Positions 37,674-48,100 of a stretch of 64,000 nucleotides of DNA are shown here, piece after piece. Source of the DNA: Escherichia phage ph0011; sequence record OP557969.1, one strand, 5' to 3'. Made by a program: the position numbers and the translations under genes. Each line of letters opens with the position of its first letter. Position 1 is the stretch's first letter. The notes under the pieces were generated by a model. It saw nothing but the letters and a program-made list of their open reading frames with translations, had not been told where the DNA came from and made no database searches.

Positions 37674-38282
37674 ATGAAATTAGAAGCAGAACAACCAAAA
37701 CTATTTGTTAAAGGTCATGTCCTAATTACTGACGTTACTGATCCATCAAATCAAAAAATCGTTTTAGATAAATCTAACGCTATTCACCCAGAAAATATGA
37801 GTACTGCAATTGCTAATGCGTTAGCATACAATCAAGATAGTACCAGTATTCCTATTGGTTCAATTAGCGAAATGCGTTTTGGTAATGGTGGTACTGTAGT
37901 GTTAAGTACTGGGCGAGTCACGTACAAAAAACCACGCGTGACTTCCTTTGGTGGATTGTATTCACAAACATATTTAAAAAAAATCAACCCAAGAATTTCT
38001 GCTGGTATTGATTCACAGTATAATAACATCACAACAGTTCATATCCCAGGACAATCATATACTGATATTGTATGTATTTGTACACTTGGTTTAGGTGAAC
38101 CATCAGACCAAGGTGTAAGTTCAGGTACAAGTATGGATGGTACATATGTATTTGATGAATTGGGGTTATATACTGATGGTGATAGTGGTATTCCATTGAC
38201 ACATATCATTTTTCACCCAGTTGAGAAAAGTGCTAACCGTGTGTTACAAATTAAATACACAGTTCGTGTACAACTACAATAA
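37674..38282 (+). CDS. hypothetical protein
   Basis: 202 aa; AAGGAT RBS; no motif recognised. Confidence 0.55.
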   Translation: MKLEAEQPKLFVKGHVLITDVTDPSNQKIVLDKSNAIHPENMSTAIANALAYNQDSTSIPIGSISEMRFGNGGTVVLSTGRVTYKKPRVTSFGGLYSQTYLKKINPRISAGIDSQYNNITTVHIPGQSYTDIVCICTLGLGEPSDQGVSSGTSMDGTYVFDELGLYTDGDSGIPLTHIIFHPVEKSANRVLQIKYTVRVQLQ

Positions 38283-38294
38283 TGGGGTCAAATT

Positions 38295-39395
38295 ATGAGT
38301 GTAAGTTATACAATTTATAGAAGCAATGGTAGTGTTTATGCTACCATTCCAAATAATGTCATATTGGGGCCAAACCAACCAGGAAGTAACCCAGTTCCGT
38401 TGAATTTCGTCGGAAGAAATAAAGTAAGTTATGGACAAGCATGGAATGAAAACTTTTTACATTTAGTTGAGAATTTTAGTTCGGCTTCAGCACCACGCGG
38501 TAATGTGAACGGTCAACTATGGTACAGAAATGCTGGCAGTACTGGTGAATTATTGATATCATTGGTTGACAATGCTAGACAACCATCAGATGTTGTGAGT
38601 GAAGCTGAGTGGGCGTCTATTCCAATGATTTCTGTGTTTAATACCGTACCAGATGGTGAAAATAGTGTTATGGGTCGTATGGTATTAACCAGTAATGGTG
38701 ACTCACTTCGTGTATTAATGAAAAATAAAGAATGGCGTGAAATTCAAACATCACGCCCTGAGAATAAAGAATATACATCATTATTGGATATTAACTATGA
38801 TAATGGTAAAAAATATATTGAGTTTACACAAAATAATAGTACCAAGCCACTAGCATATTTTAACTTAGGAGGAACGTCACAAGTCGATACTAACAACTGG
38901 ACAACAGTAACTAACGGAACTGGTGTTTTTGAATTTGGTAGTAACTATTTCTATGAATTAAAAATTATGATTAGAGAGGTAAGCGATTCAACAGGTGAAA
39001 TTGTATCAGTTCCACATAATTCAAAAACATTTTTAATCAAAGGTCAATTTTATGTAGATAACCAAGGTACGTTTGTCCCTGGTTCTGTGGGTGCAAGTCA
39101 AATGCCAGACCCCCGCAGGATTACACATCTAGAAACCATTAAAGATGTCATTACCAGTAGTCGCCCGAACTGGGATGTGAACATGGTTATCAATGATGTA
39201 GATCCATCACTACCTAATCCAAACGGCACATCTAAAGCAGATTATGAAAACTGGGTTATTAACTCATTGAACTCTAATAAAAACTTGGGATTTAGAGTTG
39301 ATGGTAGTATTAGCAATCTTGCACCAGGTGAATCTGTGAAATTACAAGCATCAGTGTTGTTAAACATTACAGGTATTCCAATTATTGGTGTATAA
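38295..39395 (+). CDS. hypothetical protein (structural candidate)
   Basis: 366 aa; N/S/T-rich; no motif recognised. Confidence 0.55.
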   Translation: MSVSYTIYRSNGSVYATIPNNVILGPNQPGSNPVPLNFVGRNKVSYGQAWNENFLHLVENFSSASAPRGNVNGQLWYRNAGSTGELLISLVDNARQPSDVVSEAEWASIPMISVFNTVPDGENSVMGRMVLTSNGDSLRVLMKNKEWREIQTSRPENKEYTSLLDINYDNGKKYIEFTQNNSTKPLAYFNLGGTSQVDTNNWTTVTNGTGVFEFGSNYFYELKIMIREVSDSTGEIVSVPHNSKTFLIKGQFYVDNQGTFVPGSVGASQMPDPRRITHLETIKDVITSSRPNWDVNMVINDVDPSLPNPNGTSKADYENWVINSLNSNKNLGFRVDGSISNLAPGESVKLQASVLLNITGIPIIGV

Positions 39396-39400
39396 AAAAA

Positions 39401-39422
39401 GGAGCCACATGGCTCCTTTTTT
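39401..39422. terminator. bidirectional terminator between convergent genes
   Basis: GGAGCC-ACAT-GGCTCC flanked by A7 and T6; plus gene stops at 39395, minus gene stops at 39421. Confidence 0.6.
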
Positions 39423-39885
39423 AATATCTATATGGTAAACTATTGACAAACTGTGTACCTTCACGTATACTTTCCCATAATGAGTAAAAATCTTTCATCA
39501 AGTTTGTGTTAAGCAATGTGTTTTTTGCACCAGGGTGTAATGGTTTAGGCCACGAGCCGATTTTAACCCATGCATATCCAGAGCTTTCATGATTTAATGT
39601 TGGTATAAACTCATTCTCAACTACGATAACAAATGAATAATATTTAAATTTACCATTTTTTGTACAAAATACATCAAATGGTATAATATCAATAATATTT
39701 GGTATTGAGTCACCTAACTCTTCTTTAATTTCTCTCATAAGACCTTGTATTGGTGTTTCGTCGCGTTCAAGCTTTCCACCAACAAATGCCCAATTGTTCG
39801 AATAGGTACTTCTTTCAGAACGTAAATTTAACATCATATGTCCGGTACTTTTTGATAAAAATATAGCACCAACAGCTTCATTCAT
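39421..39885 (-). CDS. Nudix hydrolase
   Basis: 154 aa; Nudix box GGKLERDETPIQGLMREIKEELG (G-x5-E-x7-REUxEExGU pattern); AGGAGG RBS. Confidence 0.75.
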   Translation of the reverse strand: MNEAVGAIFLSKSTGHMMLNLRSERSTYSNNWAFVGGKLERDETPIQGLMREIKEELGDSIPNIIDIIPFDVFCTKNGKFKYYSFVIVVENEFIPTLNHESSGYAWVKIGSWPKPLHPGAKNTLLNTNLMKDFYSLWESIREGTQFVNSLPYRY

Positions 39886-39897
39886 AACAACACCTCC

Positions 39898-41241
39898 TTA
39901 TTTGTCAGTGAAAGTTATTTTCCAATATCCTTGACGATAAACTGGCATAATACTTTTATGCCATTTAAATTTACCATTGTATCTATAATAACCATTATCT
40001 TCGTTGTTATAAATGTAATTACGCACAGTTGATGGGTCAATTAATTCAGCACCGTCGTTGGTAATTTTAAACAAATAATTCGAAGGAATTTCAGTTTCTT
40101 TGTAAATGATGTTATGCATACTGTTATTTACGTAATATTGTTCAGGTATTGCATCAAAAAGAACTGAGCTTTTTTGGACAAATCCATGAATAGTATAATC
40201 AACTGTATAGTTGCTACTATCAAGCTGAACGATAATTTTATTTGCATCTTCATCTTCACCATATGAAGAAATATAGCCTTTGAGTGGATTATCTTCTTCG
40301 ATTGATTGTTGAAATTTAATACCGACTTTTTTATCATCAAAATTGGGTTCCAAATATTTAAGATATTTTTCCCATGAGTATATACCACCATTAGGGGAAA
40401 CATCGGACAATGACTGACTAACTAAAGTTAGTTGATATGTATCTGGTAAATTATATAAAGAATTAGTTATCTCTTCAACTTTAATACATAAGTTTTTTGG
40501 TGTAAAGACATCAGTGATAATATCCGAATAGTCAGACATTTCAATGTCAAATTCATCACGAGCACCTTTTATATTAGTAGTGATCTGTTGAATCAATTTT
40601 GGTTTTTCAACAATAGCTGGTAAAGAAAACCATATTGTTGTTTCAAATGTCAATACCATAATGTCTAAATCTTGGTCAGTTCCTTGTGGAAATCCACGTG
40701 TAGAGAACTGACAATCAATCAACTCTACATCACTTAGTGATGTCCAATCCAACGGGTTTTCAGATAACTGAAGTTGAATACTCGGTGAAAATAAAGTTGA
40801 AATTTGCTCAAATAATTCCATCTTTGTTTGTATTTGAGTTACCCAGATATTCAAATCAAATGTAAATGTCCAAGGAACTGGGTTATGTCTTACGATTTTA
40901 TATTGTGAATCGAGTTCTTTTTTGTATTCATTAATGGCAGGTGATGTGTTTGTTCCCATAACTAATGTTTCATTCGCATTAGAACGTATACTTTTACGAT
41001 CCAGCTTTAGTTGATTAACACTGATTGTCATAATTGGTGCAGATGGAAGAACATTTTCACTATTACCATTGATAATTGCAGCAGCCATTCTTGATATATC
41101 CGCATAACGACATGGAACCTTTTTATATTTTGGGTTCCCATCAGCATCAACACCATTTTGTACTTGAAATTCACCAAAAACTCTGATAAGATGTTTCAGT
41201 ACTCTGCGAAATTGGCCGTCATAATAATAATCTATTTTCAT
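39898..41241 (-). CDS. tail completion / sheath stabiliser, T4 gp15-like (tentative)
   Basis: 447 aa; N-terminus YYYDGQFRRVLKHLIRVFGEFQV...VPCRYA resembles T4 gp15 N-terminus recalled from memory; start overlaps upstream stop (ATGA). Confidence 0.45.
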   Translation of the reverse strand: MKIDYYYDGQFRRVLKHLIRVFGEFQVQNGVDADGNPKYKKVPCRYADISRMAAAIINGNSENVLPSAPIMTISVNQLKLDRKSIRSNANETLVMGTNTSPAINEYKKELDSQYKIVRHNPVPWTFTFDLNIWVTQIQTKMELFEQISTLFSPSIQLQLSENPLDWTSLSDVELIDCQFSTRGFPQGTDQDLDIMVLTFETTIWFSLPAIVEKPKLIQQITTNIKGARDEFDIEMSDYSDIITDVFTPKNLCIKVEEITNSLYNLPDTYQLTLVSQSLSDVSPNGGIYSWEKYLKYLEPNFDDKKVGIKFQQSIEEDNPLKGYISSYGEDEDANKIIVQLDSSNYTVDYTIHGFVQKSSVLFDAIPEQYYVNNSMHNIIYKETEIPSNYLFKITNDGAELIDPSTVRNYIYNNEDNGYYRYNGKFKWHKSIMPVYRQGYWKITFTDK

Positions 41242-42731
41242 TCTGTGTCCTTATGTATACGATAAGCTGTATTTGGTTTAACTGCGTCATGTAATGGAAC
41301 TTTATTATCACTATTTACGAACTTAGTAAGTGCTAAATCTGCACCTTCCCACGGTTTTCTACCACCGTAATCAAAAATAACCCATGAATTCTTAGTTGCA
41401 TTGAATTCCCACAGTGTAACTGGTGTATAATCAGTACGGTAAAAGTAATCACCATCAACTGCATCAGTAGGGAACATGTTTCCTTCTGGAACTGTACCTC
41501 TTGCTGGTGGGATTTTAGGGCGATAATCCTGTTGTGCATCAATATTTCCATATACACAACTTGATGTGAATGGGTCATTGACGTAAGTTACTTTTGGTTC
41601 GCCCCATTTACCATCATTGTACTGAAAAATGTGTGGTTCTTTATAAAAAATACAAAAATCTTCAATATCTTTTGGTGGATTTTCACTGGTCGTGTATTCA
41701 ACATCACAATTTAACCATTTTTTAACACTTTTATCGTACTGGTATAGTGTATACCCAGTTACATCTACATCATTCTCTTTAAAGAAGAAATCACCATCCA
41801 TAGGTTTCTTAGGAAAAACGGTTCCACGCTTGACTTCCAGTGAAATCCATGTATCATTATCGTATTCTTTAAGTATTGGGTATGTTTTTTTCAAAAAATA
41901 CATACCACTTGCAGGTTCTTCGGGGAAATCATATCCATTAAGCATATACTTTGACAAATCAACAGTATCACGACGGTCATCATACAAATGCTCGTTGGTA
42001 TAATGAATATAAGGCACTTCATCATCAGCTTGCATAATGATACGATTCATAATATCCATTTCATTACTATAGTTACTGTTATCAGATGTACCATCATCAG
42101 TGTTACCATTACCATTATTTGGATCATTTGGGTTATCAGGGTAATTGTTGTTTCCTAGTAAGTCGGAGTACTCAGGAGAGTCAGTCAATGGCTTTACTCG
42201 AAGTTTATAAATGTGATGTTGCCAAGTAACAGAGTAACCTTCTGCTGTACGAAACGCATCTTGGACCACATAGAAGCGATTCAGACCAGAATCTTTACCA
42301 AGAACATCATAATCACGTAAATTTGGTAGTTCAATTACATCACCAGGCATGATTTTTCTACCCAATCGTTGCATCATGGTATTGTAGTGGATTGTAATGT
42401 CCATCGTGTTGAAATTAAAGAACAAACCTGGAATTTTCAAGTCAGGTGTTGCTTCTTGAACTTGATAGACACAACTTAGTGTGATTGCTTCAAGATTATA
42501 GTTTCTATTTGGGGTGTCTCCAAAAATTAAATCACCAATACTTGACACAACCGATCCAGAAGATGTATAATCACCGCCATATGATAAGTCTTTGTTATCT
42601 GCAACTTGTTTTGGGCCGACATAAGCGTAAAGCCACATGTCAACACCACCAATGTTGTATTGTTCAGCAATGGCAGAGTCAATGAACTTGTAATCATTGG
42701 TTCTACCTTTTTTCCACATTCTATATGTCAT
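41238..42731 (-). CDS. neck protein, T4 gp14-like (tentative)
   Basis: ATG at 42731 preceded by GGAGA (track ORF starts at TTG 42743); weak resemblance to gp14 in the region MPGDVIELPNL...YKLRVKP. Confidence 0.4.
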   Translation of the reverse strand: MTYRMWKKGRTNDYKFIDSAIAEQYNIGGVDMWLYAYVGPKQVADNKDLSYGGDYTSSGSVVSSIGDLIFGDTPNRNYNLEAITLSCVYQVQEATPDLKIPGLFFNFNTMDITIHYNTMMQRLGRKIMPGDVIELPNLRDYDVLGKDSGLNRFYVVQDAFRTAEGYSVTWQHHIYKLRVKPLTDSPEYSDLLGNNNYPDNPNDPNNGNGNTDDGTSDNSNYSNEMDIMNRIIMQADDEVPYIHYTNEHLYDDRRDTVDLSKYMLNGYDFPEEPASGMYFLKKTYPILKEYDNDTWISLEVKRGTVFPKKPMDGDFFFKENDVDVTGYTLYQYDKSVKKWLNCDVEYTTSENPPKDIEDFCIFYKEPHIFQYNDGKWGEPKVTYVNDPFTSSCVYGNIDAQQDYRPKIPPARGTVPEGNMFPTDAVDGDYFYRTDYTPVTLWEFNATKNSWVIFDYGGRKPWEGADLALTKFVNSDNKVPLHDAVKPNTAYRIHKDTE

Positions 42732-42773
42732 ATTTGTCTCCAAAATAATTCGGGTATATCTTTATTTACCATG

Positions 42774-42801
42774 TAGACAAACCATAAGAATGTGATATAA
42801 T
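42774..42801 (+). promoter_or_regulatory. sigma70-type promoter with extended -10 upstream of ClpA-like gene
   Basis: TAGACA, 16-nt spacer, TGTGATATAAT; lies in the divergent intergenic region. Confidence 0.45.
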
Positions 42802-42839
42802 GTTTGTTAATTAGAGTGACGTGAATCACAGGAGAATAC

Positions 42840-45128
42840 ATGAATCTTACTCAATTGTTCAAAAAAAGCGACGAACTAGCAACATCCCTAGGTCATACTT
42901 TCTTGACTATTGACCATGTGAGTGCTACAGTACTGACTATTGATAGTATCAAGGGCGTGTTCGAAGAAATGAACATCGATGCTGACAAATTGCATAGTCG
43001 ACTGATGAACTATCTTAAAAATACAACGGTTCCAAGTGCACCAAAAAGTACACTCGATGAAGATGCTAATCGCACTTCACTTCTGGTGAACCGTGTTGTA
43101 CATGAGCTTTCGAAAAAATCAGTCATTGAACAACTAAAAAGTGATGATTTTTCGATTGATGCATATTTTGTTCTATTTGAATGTTTATCATTCCCAAACA
43201 CTGCACTTGAAGCTGCTTTGAAAGAAGAAGGCGTTAGCTGTACCGAAGCTGCTCGTGCACTACAGAAACACGTTGAGGCACTGGAAAAGGGTATCAACCT
43301 TCAAAGTATCAATGACGAACCTACTGGAGATAAAAAAGTGGCTCAACCACAGCAATCATCTAAACAAAAAGGTTTAGCAGACTATACAACAAACCTAACG
43401 GCACTTGCAAAAGAAGGCAAACTAGACCCAATGATTGGTCGCCAAAAAGAGCTATCTGCATTGATTGAGACTCTTGCTCGCAAAACCAAAAAGAATGCCA
43501 TCCTGACTGGTGAAGCTGGTGTTGGTAAAACACAAATCATCGACGGTCTTGCACAAGCAATTGCTGATGGTAATGTACCAGAGCACTTAAAAGATGTTGA
43601 AATTCTTTCCCTAAATGTTGGTGCGTTGACTGCTGGGACTAAGTATCGTGGTGAATTTGAGGAACGTATCGATAATTTACTAAAAGAACTAAAGAAACGT
43701 GAAAACACAATTGTTTTCATTGATGAAATCCATATTATGGTCGGAGCAGGTTCTGCAAGCAACGGTTCAATGGACATGAGCAATATGCTTAAACCAGCAC
43801 TATCACGTGGTGAGATTCGTGTAATTGGTGCAACAACATACGAAGAATATCGTAAAAACATCGAGAAAGATAGTGCATTGACTCGTCGTTTTATGAAAAT
43901 TGATGTTGTTGAACCGTCAATCGATGAAACTCGTGAAATTGTGAACGGTCTTAAATCAACTTATGAAAAATTCCATAACGTTGAGTTTACAAAAGATGCA
44001 ATGGATGCAGTAATTTCTCTCAGTGAGAAGTTCTTGAAAAATAAACACTTCCCAGATAAAGCAATTGACCTAATGGATGCTGCTGCTGCGAAAGTGCGTT
44101 CACGTGATAATAATAGTAAACTAATTACAGAGAATTTGATTCAAGAAGTTGTTGCTGGTATTGCTAACTTGGATATCAACGTGGTTGCATGTACAGAAAG
44201 TGAACGTATGCGTAATCTACCAGATGCACTACGTTCACGTGTTTACGGACAAGAAGAAGCGATTCAAAAATTGGTTGATAATGTAATGGTTGCTCGTGCT
44301 GGTCTACGTGATAAGTCGAGTGTTCAGGGTGCTTTTATGTTTGTTGGTCCGTCAGGTACTGGTAAAACAGAAATTACAAAAGCATTAGCTGAAGCAACGG
44401 GTTCAGAGCTTGTTCGTTTTGATATGTCTGAGTTTTCTCAAGAACATACTGTTTCAAAACTAATTGGTTCCCCTCCAGGTTATGTTGGTCACGATTCTGG
44501 TAATGGTTTGCTATTGGATAAGATTGAGCAGTTTCCTAATGCCATTCTACTACTCGATGAAATCGAGAAAGCAGATCGTAAAGTACTACTAACCTTCCTA
44601 CAGGTTCTGGACGAAGGACGTTTGACTGGCTCACAAGGTAAAACTGTTTACTTCAATAACGTAACTGTTATTATGACAACCAACCTTGGTGCGGCTGATT
44701 CAACAAAGCGTAGTATTGGGATGAGTGGTAGTGAAAGTGCACAAGACAAGGCAATTAAAGCATTCTTACCACCAGAATTCATTAACCGTATTGACAGTAT
44801 TGTTACGTTTAATGAACTAAGTAGTGAAGCAATTGACAGTATCATTGATAAATTCATGGGAAGTTTGAATGAACAAGTTAAACATCGCAACGTAAAAGTT
44901 TCACTAACGAAAGCTGCACGTGGATGGCTTGCAAAAAATGGTGTTCAGGTAGGTATGGGTGCACGACCAATGAAACGTACAATTGAACAAAACATTCGCG
45001 TACCACTAGCGAAGGAAATGTTGTGTGGTTCACTGGTAAATGGTGGTAACATTACATTTGATGTTATCAATGACAAACTTGGTATTAAACCAAAACGTAC
45101 TAAAGCAGTTGAAAAAACACTAGCTTAA
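42840..45128 (+). CDS. clpA: ClpA-like AAA+ unfoldase (Clp_N domain, D1 and D2 ATPase modules)
   Basis: 762 aa; GGAGAA RBS; D1 Walker A GEAGVGKT and Walker B FIDEIH; D2 Walker A GPSGTGKTE and Walker B LLLDEIEKA; ClpP-docking-type loop SIGM; collinear with E. coli ClpA. Confidence 0.85.
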   Translation: MNLTQLFKKSDELATSLGHTFLTIDHVSATVLTIDSIKGVFEEMNIDADKLHSRLMNYLKNTTVPSAPKSTLDEDANRTSLLVNRVVHELSKKSVIEQLKSDDFSIDAYFVLFECLSFPNTALEAALKEEGVSCTEAARALQKHVEALEKGINLQSINDEPTGDKKVAQPQQSSKQKGLADYTTNLTALAKEGKLDPMIGRQKELSALIETLARKTKKNAILTGEAGVGKTQIIDGLAQAIADGNVPEHLKDVEILSLNVGALTAGTKYRGEFEERIDNLLKELKKRENTIVFIDEIHIMVGAGSASNGSMDMSNMLKPALSRGEIRVIGATTYEEYRKNIEKDSALTRRFMKIDVVEPSIDETREIVNGLKSTYEKFHNVEFTKDAMDAVISLSEKFLKNKHFPDKAIDLMDAAAAKVRSRDNNSKLITENLIQEVVAGIANLDINVVACTESERMRNLPDALRSRVYGQEEAIQKLVDNVMVARAGLRDKSSVQGAFMFVGPSGTGKTEITKALAEATGSELVRFDMSEFSQEHTVSKLIGSPPGYVGHDSGNGLLLDKIEQFPNAILLLDEIEKADRKVLLTFLQVLDEGRLTGSQGKTVYFNNVTVIMTTNLGAADSTKRSIGMSGSESAQDKAIKAFLPPEFINRIDSIVTFNELSSEAIDSIIDKFMGSLNEQVKHRNVKVSLTKAARGWLAKNGVQVGMGARPMKRTIEQNIRVPLAKEMLCGSLVNGGNITFDVINDKLGIKPKRTKAVEKTLA

Positions 45129-45137
45129 AAAACAAAA

Positions 45138-45162
45138 GGAGAGCATTTTGCTCTCCTTTTTT
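45138..45162. terminator. bidirectional terminator between convergent genes
   Basis: GGAGAGC-ATTTT-GCTCTCC flanked by A-run and T6; ClpA-like stop 45128, giant gene stop 45164. Confidence 0.6.
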
Positions 45163-45163
45163 A

Positions 45164-48100
45164 TTACTTAACTATTAATATTTTTTGAATATCATTACCA
45201 CGAACTCGTAGACTGTTAGTATACACAGAAAGGTCTATTGTATAACTATTTTGAGTATAACGTTTAAACTTATCATAACCGCCCAAATTAATTCCGTTGA
45301 AAGAATATGTAGTATCATGTTTGAAATCGTGTTCTGCACTGTACATTACTCCACGGAGTAAGTTGTTTGTATTTCTAACTTCAACTTTTTCATATCCAAT
45401 CGATATAATGTCACTCTTGTTAGCAGCGGAGCCTGATAACACATTATTTCTAACATTATAATGGCTTACGGAAAGAGGTTGTGCTACATAAGTTGTGTTT
45501 TCTTCACTAATGGTTGTTATGTTAGTGATGGTAGCGTCAGCCACATCAATATACATACTATCAACCATTGGATATTCATACACCCACACACCTTCATTAT
45601 TTTTTGTCGGTTTGATATCTTTCGCATCATATTCAATCACGTTAATTTCTAAACAATCCGGCATTTTAGTTCTTACTAATTCACTAAGAACACCTTCCCC
45701 TGTAATTGGTAGATTATAACCGTTGTCTATAGTAATACCATCATCATTAAATATTTCATTTGATACAACCCAAACATCAACATCATCAGGTGTTACTCCG
45801 TCATTATACTTACCACCATTTAAAGTAGTATCATAAAAAACGTCATAATTAATCACATCAATGGTGTAATTTCTGTTTTGCTCATATAATTTAATATCAC
45901 CCTTGGTAAATTCTGGGTCAGCAAATGTTCTAACACGAACAATGTTCAATGCAAGATGTTGTACTGGCTGATTCAGTTGTCCAAGTGTGATGTTATCATA
46001 TCGAAGAACATTACCAGAACTATCAACCAACTCAATCGTTTCTTTTCCTGTAGTTCTTACAGTGAATAGAATAGGAGTTGTATTATGTTTGATATTAGAC
46101 ACACGTAATATGGTTTCCCATGTACGATTTTGATATCGAATAAAATCTTCACCATCCGGTGTGAAAATCATCACCTTATCACCATCAGATAAGTCACTGT
46201 CAACGATTTCAGCCTCAGTTAAGCTATTAATAGAACGTACACGATAGAAATATTTTTCTTCAAACGGTGATGCCGTTTTATTAATATCATGTTCAATCTT
46301 AGCATATGAAGGAATACTAACAATTGCTTCTGTATGTTTATATGGGTTGATAATTGCCATACCCTCGGTTTTATATCTGCTATTATTACGCAATTGCACT
46401 AGTGATTCAGTATCAAATCCATAACCATCAACAGTGAATCTAATATGCCCAACTGCACGACTAGCTGGATTTATTTCAGATATATCGATAATATAAGGAT
46501 CAACTTCATCATCTTTAACTTCCCATTTGATAGCTGAAGTTTGTGATTCTAATGCAAGGTTGTCAAATGCATTCATATCATTGAAGAACTTAGCTTCAGC
46601 AATACTATCAATTATATATTGATAATCCGAATACATAGGGTTATTTTGATCTTGTGGTAAATCATCTAGATTTATTTCAGCAAGTTTAATCATTTCACCA
46701 TTAGTAATGAAATAATCTTCCATGAAATCATCAATACTTTTATCATCTGGTATACTTTGGTATTCACCATTGATATTTAAGTAGACATGTTTTCTTGGCA
46801 TCATAGTAATAGCATAGATATCAATAGGTGTTTTTGAAAGAATTTCTTCTGCTTTTTCATACATATCAGCAGAGTCTTTATCAAACAACCCTCTCATGGC
46901 TGCCAGTACATGGACCGCATCGGAATAGAAACGTGTATCACCACCAATTTCATCATAACGATAAACATATACACCGTATTCAACTTCAAGTTTCACTTTA
47001 ATATCATGTTCAGATGCATCTGGATATTTTTCTGTAATAAAAGAAATATATTTTTCATATAATTCTTTACTTATTTCAAAATATCCATAGTTATAATCAT
47101 TACTTGAAGAAAAACCTAATGGTAGTCTAGTACTTGGGTTATCATTATAAACCAAACCACTAAATCCACAGCCAACCTCATCATGAATCTTATCATCACT
47201 GATATCTTTATAAAGTTTCAAACGGTTTGCTAATGTATTGTACTGAACATAGTGTCGAAGGTCAGTAAACATTTCATTATGCGTTGATTCGTTATAAATG
47301 CGTTCAAGTGTAGCAGTAAATTCATCAGTTGCTTCTAAATCATCAGCATGTTCTTTATACCACTGGTTTACACCATTTGCAGTTCCTAGTGTTACATCTA
47401 ATTCTGGATAGTACGTTTGTAATAGATACGCATTAACCAAGTCAAATGATTGTTCATTATACACAGGGTAAGAATATATATAACGTTGTAATTCATAGGT
47501 ATTAACAGAATCTTTTTCATTTGATTGATACTTATTATTAACACTAATCAACTCATTAATGTTTGCCAAATCTTTATTCGGTTTACATTGAATATTATCA
47601 TAATGCATAATAATATCAATTTCTTGAAATCTTCTATTTGGTGCAATAAAATCACTAGGCAGAGAACCTACTTTCTCCCATTTTTTAGTGGTTTCATTAT
47701 ATTGAGCGTACTCATAATCCCAAATATCCTTTTCAGTTTTAACCCACGAACCATCAACAAAAATATACCCATTAGGATCTAAATCATTACAAAGACCTTT
47801 GATTAAGTCATCATCAGACGTTTTTTGTTCTATCTGTGAACGGATTTTTGTACGATATGGTTTCACCTCTTCAAAGTACTCAACAATTTGGTTAATCAAA
47901 TTATCATTTGAATAGTTTTGTACCAAAGATTGTTCCAAACCAACAATATAGATATAGGATGTTTTAAATACCCAATCAACAACACCCTGTTCTACGTGTA
48001 CATATTTGACCATATCAAAAACAATTTCACTTTGGTGTAAATCGAAAGAATTTTTTAGCAAAGCAAGTGCTTTTCTAATATTAATTTCACGATTACTAAG

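Noticed and set aside
43010-43861. Minus-strand ORFs 43010..43297 and 43382..43861 inside the ClpA-like gene
   Set aside because: Antisense to a gene with unambiguous conserved AAA+ motifs; no independent support
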